Positions 54,227 to 63,657 of a DNA stretch of 64,000 nucleotides are shown here, in pieces (within the stretch, counting starts at the first letter, position 1; each line of letters opens with the position of its first letter). The position numbers and the translations under genes were made by a program. The notes below the pieces were generated by a model. The model was not told the DNA's origin. It did not search any database and saw only the letters and a list, made by a program, of their open reading frames with translations. Source of the stretch: a virus (Duplodnaviria; Caudoviricetes); IMG/VR virus record IMGVR_UViG_3300020036_004254. One strand, 5' to 3'.

Positions 54227-55477
54227 GTGAAAGATTTAATCTATGTGCAAATTGCGGCGTACCGTGACCCTGAGTTATTGAAAACGGTTCGTGAATGTTT
54301 TAACTTGGCAAAACACCCAGAGAAAATTCAAATGTGTATTGCATGGCAACATGCACAAGAAGACACATGGGACACGTTAGCGGAGTTTCAAGACCACCCT
54401 CAAGTTACCATCATTGACATAGATTACAAAGACGCTCGTGGGGTGTGTTGGGCAAGACACAAGCTCAATAAAGAGTATCGTGGTCAAAAATACACCCTTC
54501 AGTTAGATTCTCATCACCGATTTACGCAAGATTGGGATGCCGAACTCAAGAAAATGTTTAAGGGGTTGGTGAAACAGGGTTTCAAGAAGCCTCTGATTAC
54601 CGCATATCTTCCCAGCTACGACCCAAACAACGACCCGGGTAGTCGAATCACCACCCCGTGGAATACGGACTTTGACCGTTTTTCCCCAGACGGAAACGTC
54701 CATTTTCAACCCAACAGCATCGATGACTGGCGCGACCGCCCACATCCAATCCCAGCACGATTTGTGTCTGGGCACTTTCTGTTTACATTGGGTAAGTTTT
54801 GTAAGGAAGTAGAGTATGATTCATCATATTATTTCCATGGGGAAGAAATCAACTTGTCTGTCCGTGCGTACCTTGCGGGATATGACCTGTTTCACCCCAA
54901 TAAAGTCATCATGTGGCACGAATACACTCGTTCCAACAAAAAGAAGCATTGGGACGACCACACGAACTGGAATGCGTTAAACGATTTCTCCCACGCGCAC
55001 AATCGACAAATGTTGGGTATCGATGGCGTGGTCCAGCCCCGAGTGACGGGAAATGCGCGTCAACTAGAAGATTATGAACGGTATGCGGGTCTTCAGTTCA
55101 GCACACGACGAGTTCACACCAAAACGATTGAAAAGAAGTATCCGCCTATTTGTACGGCAGACGACCCAACCTTTGAAGAAGGTCTTCGAAGCTTCCGACG
55201 GTACTGTATCGATTTGTACAAGGGAGCGTTTACTGAAACGGACTATACGGTGTGGGTATTGGCATTTAAGGACGCCGACGGAAACGAAATCTACCGAGAA
55301 GACGTTAGCCCAGACGAAATCAAACGGTTGATGGCAGAGATTCCTGATGATAAGTTTGTTCATGTATGGAGAACTTTTTTCTCGTCCGCGTTGCCAACTA
55401 AATACATTGTGTGGCCAGCCACCACCTCAAAGGGTTGGTTGCCTATTATTGAAGGTTCATTAGTGATTGACAAGTGA
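54227..55477 (+). CDS. GT60-like polypeptide N-acetylglucosaminyltransferase 1
   Basis: IYVQIAAYRDPEL, ARGVCWAR, LQLDSHHRF.QDWD (DxH), ITAYLP, F.SGHF.F, YFHGEEI..SVR, WH. Confidence 0.85.
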   Translation: MKDLIYVQIAAYRDPELLKTVRECFNLAKHPEKIQMCIAWQHAQEDTWDTLAEFQDHPQVTIIDIDYKDARGVCWARHKLNKEYRGQKYTLQLDSHHRFTQDWDAELKKMFKGLVKQGFKKPLITAYLPSYDPNNDPGSRITTPWNTDFDRFSPDGNVHFQPNSIDDWRDRPHPIPARFVSGHFLFTLGKFCKEVEYDSSYYFHGEEINLSVRAYLAGYDLFHPNKVIMWHEYTRSNKKKHWDDHTNWNALNDFSHAHNRQMLGIDGVVQPRVTGNARQLEDYERYAGLQFSTRRVHTKTIEKKYPPICTADDPTFEEGLRSFRRYCIDLYKGAFTETDYTVWVLAFKDADGNEIYREDVSPDEIKRLMAEIPDDKFVHVWRTFFSSALPTKYIVWPATTSKGWLPIIEGSLVIDK

Positions 55478-55484
55478 GGTTGTT

Positions 55485-56741
55485 ATGAAGAAAAAGACCA
55501 TTTTCATCCATCTTCCGGCGTACCGTGACCCGGAACTTATTCCAACCATTAAAGATGCGTTGGCCAAAGCGAAGCACCCAAAGAACCTTCGGTTTGGAAT
55601 TTGTCATCAGTATAACCCAGAAGACACATTCGATGACTTGTCAGAGTTTGAAAATGACAAGCGATTCAAGATTGACAAAATCTTGTATACCAATGCCAAG
55701 GGGTTGCCCTATGCCCGTCAGCGTATCAATGATATGATTACTGACGAGACATACATTTTGCAGTTGGATTCACACCACCGATTTGCAGAAAACTGGGACG
55801 AGACACTTATCAACATGCACTCCAAGTTGGAGAAAGAGGGGTTCAAGCCCATTCTCACGGGGTATCTGCCGTTGTACGACCCGTTCAACGACCCCGCAGG
55901 TCGTAGCATGGACCCGTGGCTTCAGCATTTTGTGTGTTTCTATCCTCACGGCACCATTTTCATCCGTCCCAGCGGCATTCCAGATTGGAAGAATCTCAAA
56001 GGCCCTGTGCGGTCCAGATTCCTCTCTGGACACTTCTGTTTTGCCAGAACCGAATGGGCCAAGACAATCAAACACGACCCGGATATCTATTTCAGCGGCG
56101 AAGAAATCAACCTCACGGTTCGTTCCTTCACCCATGGATATGACATGTTTCACCCCCATGTGCTGGTCATCTGGCACTCTACCATGCGCGAAGAACGGGC
56201 TGGGAAACTGTCATGGGATGACGAGCATAAGCGTGGAGTGGACACCAACGCGCACCAGACACGAGGTCGTGCGAAAATTCGTCAGTTGTTCCGCACCGAG
56301 GATAACGGGTTTGATTTGACTGGGTATGACATCGGAACGGAGCGAACTATTCGGGACTACGAAGAGTACGCAGGGTTTGATTTCAAACGTCGGGCCGTTC
56401 AGAAATACACCTTGGATTACAAGTATCCGCCAAACCCCAAGGTGGATGATTGGGAAGCGAGCCTATGCACATCCTTCTATAACCTAATCTCGTTTGACAA
56501 GACCAATTTCAAACTGAAGGATTACGAGTACATGGTCTGTGCCTATGATGACGAAAACGGAAACAACATCCAGCGACAAGATTTTCAGAAACATGAAATT
56601 GAGAAGTTCATGGCACAGCCCGGAAACTGGGTACATTTTGAACGTCATTTTCTCACCGAGAAAAAGCCCTACAAATGGGTTATCTGGGCGTATAGCAAAT
56701 CACAAGGCTGGGCCGAACGTTTGGAACACATCATCCAATGA
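55485..56741 (+). CDS. GT60-like polypeptide N-acetylglucosaminyltransferase 2
   Basis: IFIHLPAYRDPEL, AKGLPYAR, LQLDSHHRF.ENWD, FLSGHF.F, YFSGEEI..TVR.FTHGYD, WH. Confidence 0.85.
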   Translation: MKKKTIFIHLPAYRDPELIPTIKDALAKAKHPKNLRFGICHQYNPEDTFDDLSEFENDKRFKIDKILYTNAKGLPYARQRINDMITDETYILQLDSHHRFAENWDETLINMHSKLEKEGFKPILTGYLPLYDPFNDPAGRSMDPWLQHFVCFYPHGTIFIRPSGIPDWKNLKGPVRSRFLSGHFCFARTEWAKTIKHDPDIYFSGEEINLTVRSFTHGYDMFHPHVLVIWHSTMREERAGKLSWDDEHKRGVDTNAHQTRGRAKIRQLFRTEDNGFDLTGYDIGTERTIRDYEEYAGFDFKRRAVQKYTLDYKYPPNPKVDDWEASLCTSFYNLISFDKTNFKLKDYEYMVCAYDDENGNNIQRQDFQKHEIEKFMAQPGNWVHFERHFLTEKKPYKWVIWAYSKSQGWAERLEHIIQ

Positions 56742-57412
56742 GTGACTACAATCCAATAAATGACCTATCAATTCTCATTGAAAAATATGGCTCTGACAAG
56801 TTTCTCAGCCATTATACTGACTGTTACCACGCTGTGTTCAAAGATATTCGCCCATCTATCAAGAGTGTATTGGAGATTGGGGTCGGAAGTTTGGAAAACG
56901 TCCCCAGTTCAGCCGTGGGATTTACCCAACACCACCCCCATTACACCCCGGGAGGTTCTCTTCGGGCGTGGCGAGATTATTTCCCCAACGCTAACATTTT
57001 TGGATTAGACATAGCCGAGGATTGTCGAATCACCGAAGAGCGAATTGAGACAATGATTTTTAGCTCTACTGATTTGTATCAATGTCACGTGCATTTGGGG
57101 ACGACTAAATATGACATCATCATTGATGATGGGTTGCACATCGCGGAAGCGCAACTTATGACGATGTTCAACATGTTTCCACATGTGGCAGACGGGGGAT
57201 TTTATTGCGTTGAAGATATGTCTGGTGGCGGGGATGAGCGTGAAATGTTCTCGTTTTACCGCAAAGAAATCTCCCCCATTGTAGACGCGCACGAGTTCTA
57301 CTATAGAGGCAACATCTTGATTGTCAAGAAAAACTATAGTGGATTGGGTGACGTTGGTCGGGATGGTCACGCATTTCCAGCACGAGAGTTTTCACCACTT
57401 AAAGTAGGGTAA
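56738..57412 (+). CDS. class I SAM-dependent methyltransferase (sugar O-methyltransferase-like)
   Basis: KYGSDK, VLEIGVG, GGSLRAWRDYFPNA.I.GLDI, IIIDDG.H, GGFYCVED. Confidence 0.85.
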   Translation: MSDYNPINDLSILIEKYGSDKFLSHYTDCYHAVFKDIRPSIKSVLEIGVGSLENVPSSAVGFTQHHPHYTPGGSLRAWRDYFPNANIFGLDIAEDCRITEERIETMIFSSTDLYQCHVHLGTTKYDIIIDDGLHIAEAQLMTMFNMFPHVADGGFYCVEDMSGGGDEREMFSFYRKEISPIVDAHEFYYRGNILIVKKNYSGLGDVGRDGHAFPAREFSPLKVG

Positions 57413-57415
57413 CGT

Positions 57416-59011
57416 ATGAAAAGCGAATTGTTTCGGGTATTGCAACCCCAGAATATCTTCCAAGAAAAGAAGCGGTTGGGTCCAACACAGGACGGTGGGT
57501 ATGTCATGCCAGTTTCGGTGTTGAATACCTGTGATGCGCTCTTCACCTATGGCGTTGGTGGAGAAACTCGTTATGAAGAAGAGTTTTCTCGGGATTACCA
57601 GAAGCCTGTCTTCATGTTTGACCACACCATTCCTTCTATCCCACATCTGTGTACGATTGACCCCAATGTTAAGTTTAAGAAAGAGGGTCTTGGGGCCGAG
57701 GAAAATTGTAAGGATTTTGTCGCTCACCTCCAAGAGTTTCGAAAAGAAGACGGCACTCCGTTTGAAAACGTCTTCCTGAAAATTGACATTGAAGGTGGGG
57801 AGTATGACTATCTGTTGAACGCCGATATCGATGCACTGGCCAAGGTGGTCTGTGGAATCAACTTGGAATTCCACTGGCTTCACGAAGAGCCGCGTCAGGA
57901 AAAGCTTGTTCGCATCATGAATAAGTTGAACACGCACTTCATCATGAACCACATTCACGCCAATAACTGGGTGACCATGTTTCCGTTGGAAGGCCGAATG
58001 CTTCCTATTGTGTTGGAAATGTCCTTTATCCATAGAAAGTTGGTCGAGAGGTCAGAACCAGAACTTCGTCAATTTCCCGTCGCAGGGCTTGACTGGCCCA
58101 ACCGCCCGGACGCGCCAGACCACGAACTCACATTTCTTAATTGGTTGCCACGACCCAATCAGAAGATTTACATTTCTTTGACCACGGTCCCGGCGCGGTT
58201 AGGAGATTGGGCGCAGGCCAAGCAAAATCTTGACTCGTTGCTCAACCAAAACACCACGGTGGAATATACGGTGTTGTTAAATCTTCCGCTTCGGTATTGT
58301 ATCACGGGAGAAGAATATATCATTTCAGACGAGTTGAAAGCCTATGCCGACGCCAACCCCAAACTGGTCATCAATCGGTTGTTGGTGGACAGAGGCCCTG
58401 TTGCAAAGATTGACGGGTTTTTGAGTGTCTCGACTAACCCAGAGGATATTATCGTGGTGTGCGATGATGACCATGTGTATCACGAGGATATGTTGGAATA
58501 TCATCTGAAGAAGCTACTCCAATATCCCAATGCGGCCACCGCATTTCGTGGTGATTTTATTGTTGAGAAGCGGGAATGGGTGGAGCCGGATGGTTCACGA
58601 AAGTACATGCTTCGCCCCACCCATTTGTATTTCCCTCCAAAAGAAGACCGTCAGTTATTGATTCCGGGTCACTGGCATTCTGTTGCCTATCGGAGAAAGT
58701 TCTTTGCCGATGATTTTGAAGCCGTGACCACCGGGATAGCAATCAATGACGACATCGCGGTGGGATACTACCTGAAGCGGCGTCAGATTCATATCATGTG
58801 TATTTCGTGGGACAAAGAAACCGATTGGCGTCCTGCCAATGACAACGGTCGGGCCGCATCAACCTTCCCAATTGTTCGCACGTTGCCAAGTTCCGGAACC
58901 AGTGGGTTCCACGCACACCGGGAAAAAAGCAAGGACCACGTTGGAGAAATCGACAACACACTCGTCAAACCAGAAATTGAAGACGGCCACTTTAAGATTT
59001 ATTCGGAGTAA
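57416..59011 (+). CDS. FkbM-like methyltransferase fused to GT-A glycosyltransferase
   Basis: RLG..QDGGY, LKIDIEGGEY, EFH, H.H.NN; C-terminal ISLTTVPARL...GP..K...CDDD. Confidence 0.8.
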   Translation: MKSELFRVLQPQNIFQEKKRLGPTQDGGYVMPVSVLNTCDALFTYGVGGETRYEEEFSRDYQKPVFMFDHTIPSIPHLCTIDPNVKFKKEGLGAEENCKDFVAHLQEFRKEDGTPFENVFLKIDIEGGEYDYLLNADIDALAKVVCGINLEFHWLHEEPRQEKLVRIMNKLNTHFIMNHIHANNWVTMFPLEGRMLPIVLEMSFIHRKLVERSEPELRQFPVAGLDWPNRPDAPDHELTFLNWLPRPNQKIYISLTTVPARLGDWAQAKQNLDSLLNQNTTVEYTVLLNLPLRYCITGEEYIISDELKAYADANPKLVINRLLVDRGPVAKIDGFLSVSTNPEDIIVVCDDDHVYHEDMLEYHLKKLLQYPNAATAFRGDFIVEKREWVEPDGSRKYMLRPTHLYFPPKEDRQLLIPGHWHSVAYRRKFFADDFEAVTTGIAINDDIAVGYYLKRRQIHIMCISWDKETDWRPANDNGRAASTFPIVRTLPSSGTSGFHAHREKSKDHVGEIDNTLVKPEIEDGHFKIYSE

Positions 59012-59012
59012 T

Positions 59013-59861
59013 ATGCCACCGATTATTGTAACACTCACCACGGTTCCCGAGCGATTCACCGGAATGTACGGTGACAACGAGCTTGGTATGAAATCAAATA
59101 TTGACTCGTTGTTGAATCAAGAGTTTGACAGGGACTATGAAATCCACCTAAATATCCCTGATGTCATGAAGTACACCGGGGAAGCCTATATCATCCCAGA
59201 GTGGTTGTTAGAGCGGGAGCGGGACAACCCAACCAAGTTGAAGTTGTTTCGTGGGGTAGAAGACATGGGTCCAATCACCAAGATGTATCATACCGTGATG
59301 CGGACCACAGACCCGGATGCCATTATCATTGTTTGCGACGATGATTTGGTCTATCACCCTAAGATGGTGGCGGAACAGGTCAAGAACCAAGAAACCTACA
59401 CCAACACCGTATGCGGATATGACGGCATTCGCATGGAAGACCCTTATTCACTTACTGACCCACCGGATATCAGAACCCATTTTGTGGTGTCGGTATTCAA
59501 GGATGTATATGTTAACTATCTCCAACACTACAAGACCGTTTCGTACCGTCGGCACTTTTTCGACGCCTCGTTCCCCGAGTTCATTGCAGAATACTGCAAT
59601 GCCGACACCGCCACGGGATGGAATGATGATATCACTATTGGGGCGTACCTTGGAAAAATGGGCATTCAGAAAATGGTTCGGTGTTATGAGGATGAAGAGC
59701 AGTTGTTAACGATTGAGCAATGGCAAGAAAAGGGTGGAGTCTTGACTTTTCCTGTAGTACGGCACATTGCACGAGGTGGAGAAGAAGGATGCTTTTTGTA
59801 TCGTCGGGACAATAAGGAACATCAATACTACGAATTTTTGAAAAAAGGATATCTTAAATAA
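59013..59861 (+). CDS. GT-A fold glycosyltransferase
   Basis: VTLTTVPERF, SLLNQ, DMGPITK, IIVCDDDLVY, NDDI. Confidence 0.8.
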   Translation: MPPIIVTLTTVPERFTGMYGDNELGMKSNIDSLLNQEFDRDYEIHLNIPDVMKYTGEAYIIPEWLLERERDNPTKLKLFRGVEDMGPITKMYHTVMRTTDPDAIIIVCDDDLVYHPKMVAEQVKNQETYTNTVCGYDGIRMEDPYSLTDPPDIRTHFVVSVFKDVYVNYLQHYKTVSYRRHFFDASFPEFIAEYCNADTATGWNDDITIGAYLGKMGIQKMVRCYEDEEQLLTIEQWQEKGGVLTFPVVRHIARGGEEGCFLYRRDNKEHQYYEFLKKGYLK

Positions 59862-62137
59862 TGCCATTTTCCACACCGATTTTTAAGGAAGAAACCGTTG
59901 ACTTTGTGACGGCAAAGTTTCAGCCAACCGACACCGTCTTGGATATTGGGGCTGGGTCAGGAACCTATGCAGACCGTCTTGGACACCATTTCAAGCGCAT
60001 GGATGCGGTCGAAGTCTTTGCGCCATACATCGAAGAATATCATTTGAAGTCCAAATATGCCAAGGTCTTCAACGAAGATGCCACCACCTTCAACTTTGAT
60101 TACTACGATTTGATTATTCTTGGGGATGTGTTGGAACACATTTCAGAAGAGAACGGGGTAGCACTCATTGAACGATTGTACGACAAGTGTCGTGATATGA
60201 TTATTTGCATCCCCTTCAACTCCACACAGGGTGTGCATTTTGACAACGAGGCTGAGATTCATCTTCAACCAACCTTGACCAACGAGTCGTTCCTTGCCAA
60301 GTATAAGGGATTTCGTCCTTTTGCTTTGCGTGACGATTATGGTATCTACATCAAAGACATTCCAGAGAACAGAAAATATTTCATCACCTATGATGAGGTA
60401 TGGAGCGGTGAACGAAAGAATGCCGCCCCGCGTTCTCCTATGGAAGGAACAACCATTGTCACAGGATTTTGGGATATTGGTCGCGTTGGTCGTGATTTGG
60501 AACACTATCTCACCCACCTGAAGAACTTACTCAATCTTGACGCCAAACTGTTTCTCTATTTGCCGTCAAAATTCGAACATTTGGTGTGGGAAAACCCCAA
60601 GCGCACCAGAAAGAACACCTACGTTCGCACATGGGAACTTTCCGATGTCAAGGATTTGATGGCACCATTTTGGGACAAGATTCAAGAAATCCGCACCAGC
60701 GAATCATGGCAGAATAGCACGGGTGAGGGTGGGTGGCTAAAGGGTAGCCCTCAAGCGGTAAACGAGTGGTATAACCCCATTGTCATGTCAAAGATGCCCA
60801 TGCTTCACAATGCCGTGTGTTGGAACCCGTTCAACAGCGAAAACTTCTTGTGGATTGACAGCGGCATCACTCATACCGTGTATGACAAGATGTTGATTGA
60901 TGAAAAGGCTCTTGACAAAATGATTCCCCACTTGGACCCGTTTGTTTTCTTGAGTTATCCCTATGAGACAACCCAAGAGATTCACGGGTTCCCCAAGGAT
61001 AAGATGGATGTCTATGCGGGTGCCCCGGTGCATTATGTGTGTCGTGGTGGATTGTTTGGCGGCACCAAGGCCGCGATTCGAGAGGCCAACACCATGTACT
61101 ACAGTCTGTTGATGGATACCTTGAATGCAGGATACATGGGAACGGAAGAGAGCATTTTCACCCTAATGGCCTATCGCCGTCCAGAAATCTATCGTCGCTA
61201 TGAGTTGGACGAAAACGGTCTTATCGTTAAATACATTTCCGCTCTTCTGGATGGAACGGCGGAACTCGTGGCCATCCCTCAAACCACAAAGAAGTTGGCG
61301 AATATGTACAAGAATGTAGAAAAGAAAAAGACCGATTTGTATATTTTGACGTTCAACTTCCCTGAACAGCTAACCGAAATCTTCAAAAGTTTGGATAGGG
61401 CAGAATGGTTGAAGAAGGCCAATCAGGTGACGGTGATTGACAACTCAAACAAGGTAGAAAGTCAACAGGCCAACGCCGACATCTGTCGTCAATACGGGTC
61501 GCACCATGTCATCACAGGCAAGAACGGTGGAATTTGTGGTGGTCGTATGATTGCCGCGCAAATGTTCGAGGCGTCGGACGCGGACTTCTACATGTTCTTT
61601 GAAGATGATATGTTGTTCTACAACGAAGATGACCATGTTCCGTTCTGTCGAAACGGGTTCCGCACCATGATTCCCAACCTCTTCGAAAAACTCGAAGGGA
61701 TTATGCAGAAAGAAGATTTTGACTTTGTCAAGTTGTCGTTTACGGAAGTCTACATGGACAACCATCTTCAGGTGTCGTGGTACAATGTTCCCCAGTCTGT
61801 GCGAACGGAACAATGGCCGGAATATGACAAACTCCCTGTCCATGGACTTGACCCAAACTGTCCGCGCACGGCATTGGGAACCATTGACAATTACGAAGGA
61901 TTGTGCTATCTTACCGGAGATATTTACTACGCCAACTGGCCGATGATTATGAACAAAGAAGGAAACCGCAAGGTGTTTCTCGAAACAACATGGGCGAACC
62001 CCTATGAACAGACTTGGATGTCGTATGTATTTCAAGAAATGTTGAAGGATAAAATTCGGGGAGCGGTTCTTTTGGCGTCACCTATTCATCACAATAGAAC
62101 ATCACATTATCTACGTGAAGAGCGTCGGGAGAACTAA
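59861..62137 (+). CDS. tri-domain protein: SAM methyltransferase + HtrL/WlaTC-like glycosyltransferase + GT-A domain
   Basis: VLDIGAGSG, GDVLEH; TTIVTGFWDIGR, YN..VMSK, WIDSG, GGLFGG, GTEESIF; VIDNS, N.GI.GGR, FFEDD. Confidence 0.82.
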   Translation: MPFSTPIFKEETVDFVTAKFQPTDTVLDIGAGSGTYADRLGHHFKRMDAVEVFAPYIEEYHLKSKYAKVFNEDATTFNFDYYDLIILGDVLEHISEENGVALIERLYDKCRDMIICIPFNSTQGVHFDNEAEIHLQPTLTNESFLAKYKGFRPFALRDDYGIYIKDIPENRKYFITYDEVWSGERKNAAPRSPMEGTTIVTGFWDIGRVGRDLEHYLTHLKNLLNLDAKLFLYLPSKFEHLVWENPKRTRKNTYVRTWELSDVKDLMAPFWDKIQEIRTSESWQNSTGEGGWLKGSPQAVNEWYNPIVMSKMPMLHNAVCWNPFNSENFLWIDSGITHTVYDKMLIDEKALDKMIPHLDPFVFLSYPYETTQEIHGFPKDKMDVYAGAPVHYVCRGGLFGGTKAAIREANTMYYSLLMDTLNAGYMGTEESIFTLMAYRRPEIYRRYELDENGLIVKYISALLDGTAELVAIPQTTKKLANMYKNVEKKKTDLYILTFNFPEQLTEIFKSLDRAEWLKKANQVTVIDNSNKVESQQANADICRQYGSHHVITGKNGGICGGRMIAAQMFEASDADFYMFFEDDMLFYNEDDHVPFCRNGFRTMIPNLFEKLEGIMQKEDFDFVKLSFTEVYMDNHLQVSWYNVPQSVRTEQWPEYDKLPVHGLDPNCPRTALGTIDNYEGLCYLTGDIYYANWPMIMNKEGNRKVFLETTWANPYEQTWMSYVFQEMLKDKIRGAVLLASPIHHNRTSHYLREERREN

Positions 62138-62138
62138 C

Positions 62139-62792
62139 ATGCGTGAAAACACCGTTCCGGAAATCGCAAAAATCATCAACGAAGCCGTCACCCCAGTACT
62201 AATTTTGGTAGTGGGGAACGCTTGTAATGAGGAAACTCCTCGAATACAGGAAGACCTTGAAAAACGCATTCTAGAGGTCAATCGTGCGGTGGCAATGTTT
62301 ACCGTGTGTATGCCAGAAGGAAGCATTTCCTTCCCCAGACCACAGATTCCGGCGTTGTATTATTTCCTACCAAACAATCAAATCCCGGTGTTCTGGCGCG
62401 GAAATGATATGATTCAGCACATTGCACAAGACTTAGAAATTGTGGAAAAGATGTTCCTAGATGGTGTCTCGCACGAGGATGCCCGTTATGATGACACCAT
62501 GAAAACGCAGATTCGGGATACGGAAACTGCCTTTGCACAAGAAACCACAAAAGAATTTCCCCCAAAGCTCAAACAGGCTCGTAACTTCATCAAGGAAATG
62601 TGGACAACGGCACGACGGGGAATGAACAACCTCCCAGTAATCGCCACCGCAGAAGAAGGGGGAAGGAGATTGGATATTTGTGAAACTTGCCCAAGCTTCG
62701 AATCTTCATCAAATCGGTGTAAGGAGTGTGGGTGCGCCATGAATATCAAAACCCAGTTGGTGGCGTCTACTTGCCCATTGGGTAAATGGTAG
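62139..62792 (+). CDS. hypothetical protein with C-terminal Cys cluster (CxxC...CxxCGC...CP.GKW)
   Basis: RLDICETCP...RCKECGCAMNIKT...CPLGKW. Confidence 0.75.
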   Translation: MRENTVPEIAKIINEAVTPVLILVVGNACNEETPRIQEDLEKRILEVNRAVAMFTVCMPEGSISFPRPQIPALYYFLPNNQIPVFWRGNDMIQHIAQDLEIVEKMFLDGVSHEDARYDDTMKTQIRDTETAFAQETTKEFPPKLKQARNFIKEMWTTARRGMNNLPVIATAEEGGRRLDICETCPSFESSSNRCKECGCAMNIKTQLVASTCPLGKW

Positions 62793-62825
62793 CATAAATA
62801 AGGGGAACCCAACCCCGAGAAAAAA

Positions 62826-63158
62826 ATGGCCGCAATTCAAAATCTAGTAATCGACCAAGGAACCACGTTCAGTCGGACGTTTGATTTAACCGACGCGAAC
62901 GGGGTTCCTTACGATTTGTCAGAATATACCATCGTTGCTCAAATTCGCCGGGGATACGCCTCAAACTCTGGGTTGCAGTTTACCACCGCCATTGTTGGCG
63001 CGGCGGAAAACGGTTCGTTGTCAATTTCTCTAACCGCCGCCGAAACCCTGTCTTTGAAGTACGGGCGATATGTCTATGACATCAAACTCACGACTTCATC
63101 TGAACATCTTCGGGTTATTGAAGGCATTATTACCATTACTCCTACAGTCACCAGATAA
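62826..63158 (+). CDS. virion structural protein (BppU N-terminal-like)
   Basis: NLVIDQGTTF, AQIRR, ISLTA.ET, GRYVYDI, RVIEG...TPTVT; late promoter CATAAATA at 62793. Confidence 0.8.
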   Translation: MAAIQNLVIDQGTTFSRTFDLTDANGVPYDLSEYTIVAQIRRGYASNSGLQFTTAIVGAAENGSLSISLTAAETLSLKYGRYVYDIKLTTSSEHLRVIEGIITITPTVTR

Positions 63159-63418
63159 TGGCGAATATTGTTGTGCGGGTTCGTCAACCCTCATCGATAC
63201 GAGTTCAGGTTCAAACCCCTTCTACGGTAACAGCCTCTATACGCAAGTATATGGTCAAAAACGTAAATCTGGAAAATCTCTTGAACGTAAATGAAGACGC
63301 ATATGGGTTGAGTGATGGATTTACAATTCTATACAATCAAGCGACCAGAACATGGGAACCGCGATATGCCACCTCAACCTTTGATACCAGCGTTGATTTA
63401 GACGGAGGGACATTCTAA
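63158..63418 (+). CDS. small virion protein (LDGGTF C-terminus)
   Basis: L.NV...DG..L.YN...W; TAATG-coupled. Confidence 0.75.
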   Translation: MANIVVRVRQPSSIRVQVQTPSTVTASIRKYMVKNVNLENLLNVNEDAYGLSDGFTILYNQATRTWEPRYATSTFDTSVDLDGGTF

Positions 63419-63419
63419 T

Positions 63420-63647
63420 ATGACAAATATCATTAAACATAAACGTAGTGATGTTGATGGACGAGTCCCCACCACCGCTGATTTGGTCTTGGGTGAAATT
63501 GCAGTCAACTCGTTCAATGGAAAGCTCTTCATCAAAAGAAATCAAAACGGTGATGAGAGTATTATTCAGATAGGTGGAGAAATCACAGTTGGAACAACAC
63601 CGCCACAAGACCCAGTTGAGGGTGATTTGTGGGTAGACACAAACTAA
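63420..63647 (+). CDS. small tail-fibre-like protein (Mtd N-terminal-like)
   Basis: IKHKRS...P...L..GEIAVN...GKLF; GDLWVDT. Confidence 0.75.
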   Translation: MTNIIKHKRSDVDGRVPTTADLVLGEIAVNSFNGKLFIKRNQNGDESIIQIGGEITVGTTPPQDPVEGDLWVDTN

Positions 63648-63657
63648 TGGAGTATGA

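Noticed and set aside
24007-62137. Stop-codon reassignment
   Set aside because: Core genes are full length in the standard code, and TAA, TAG and TGA all end genes in the window.
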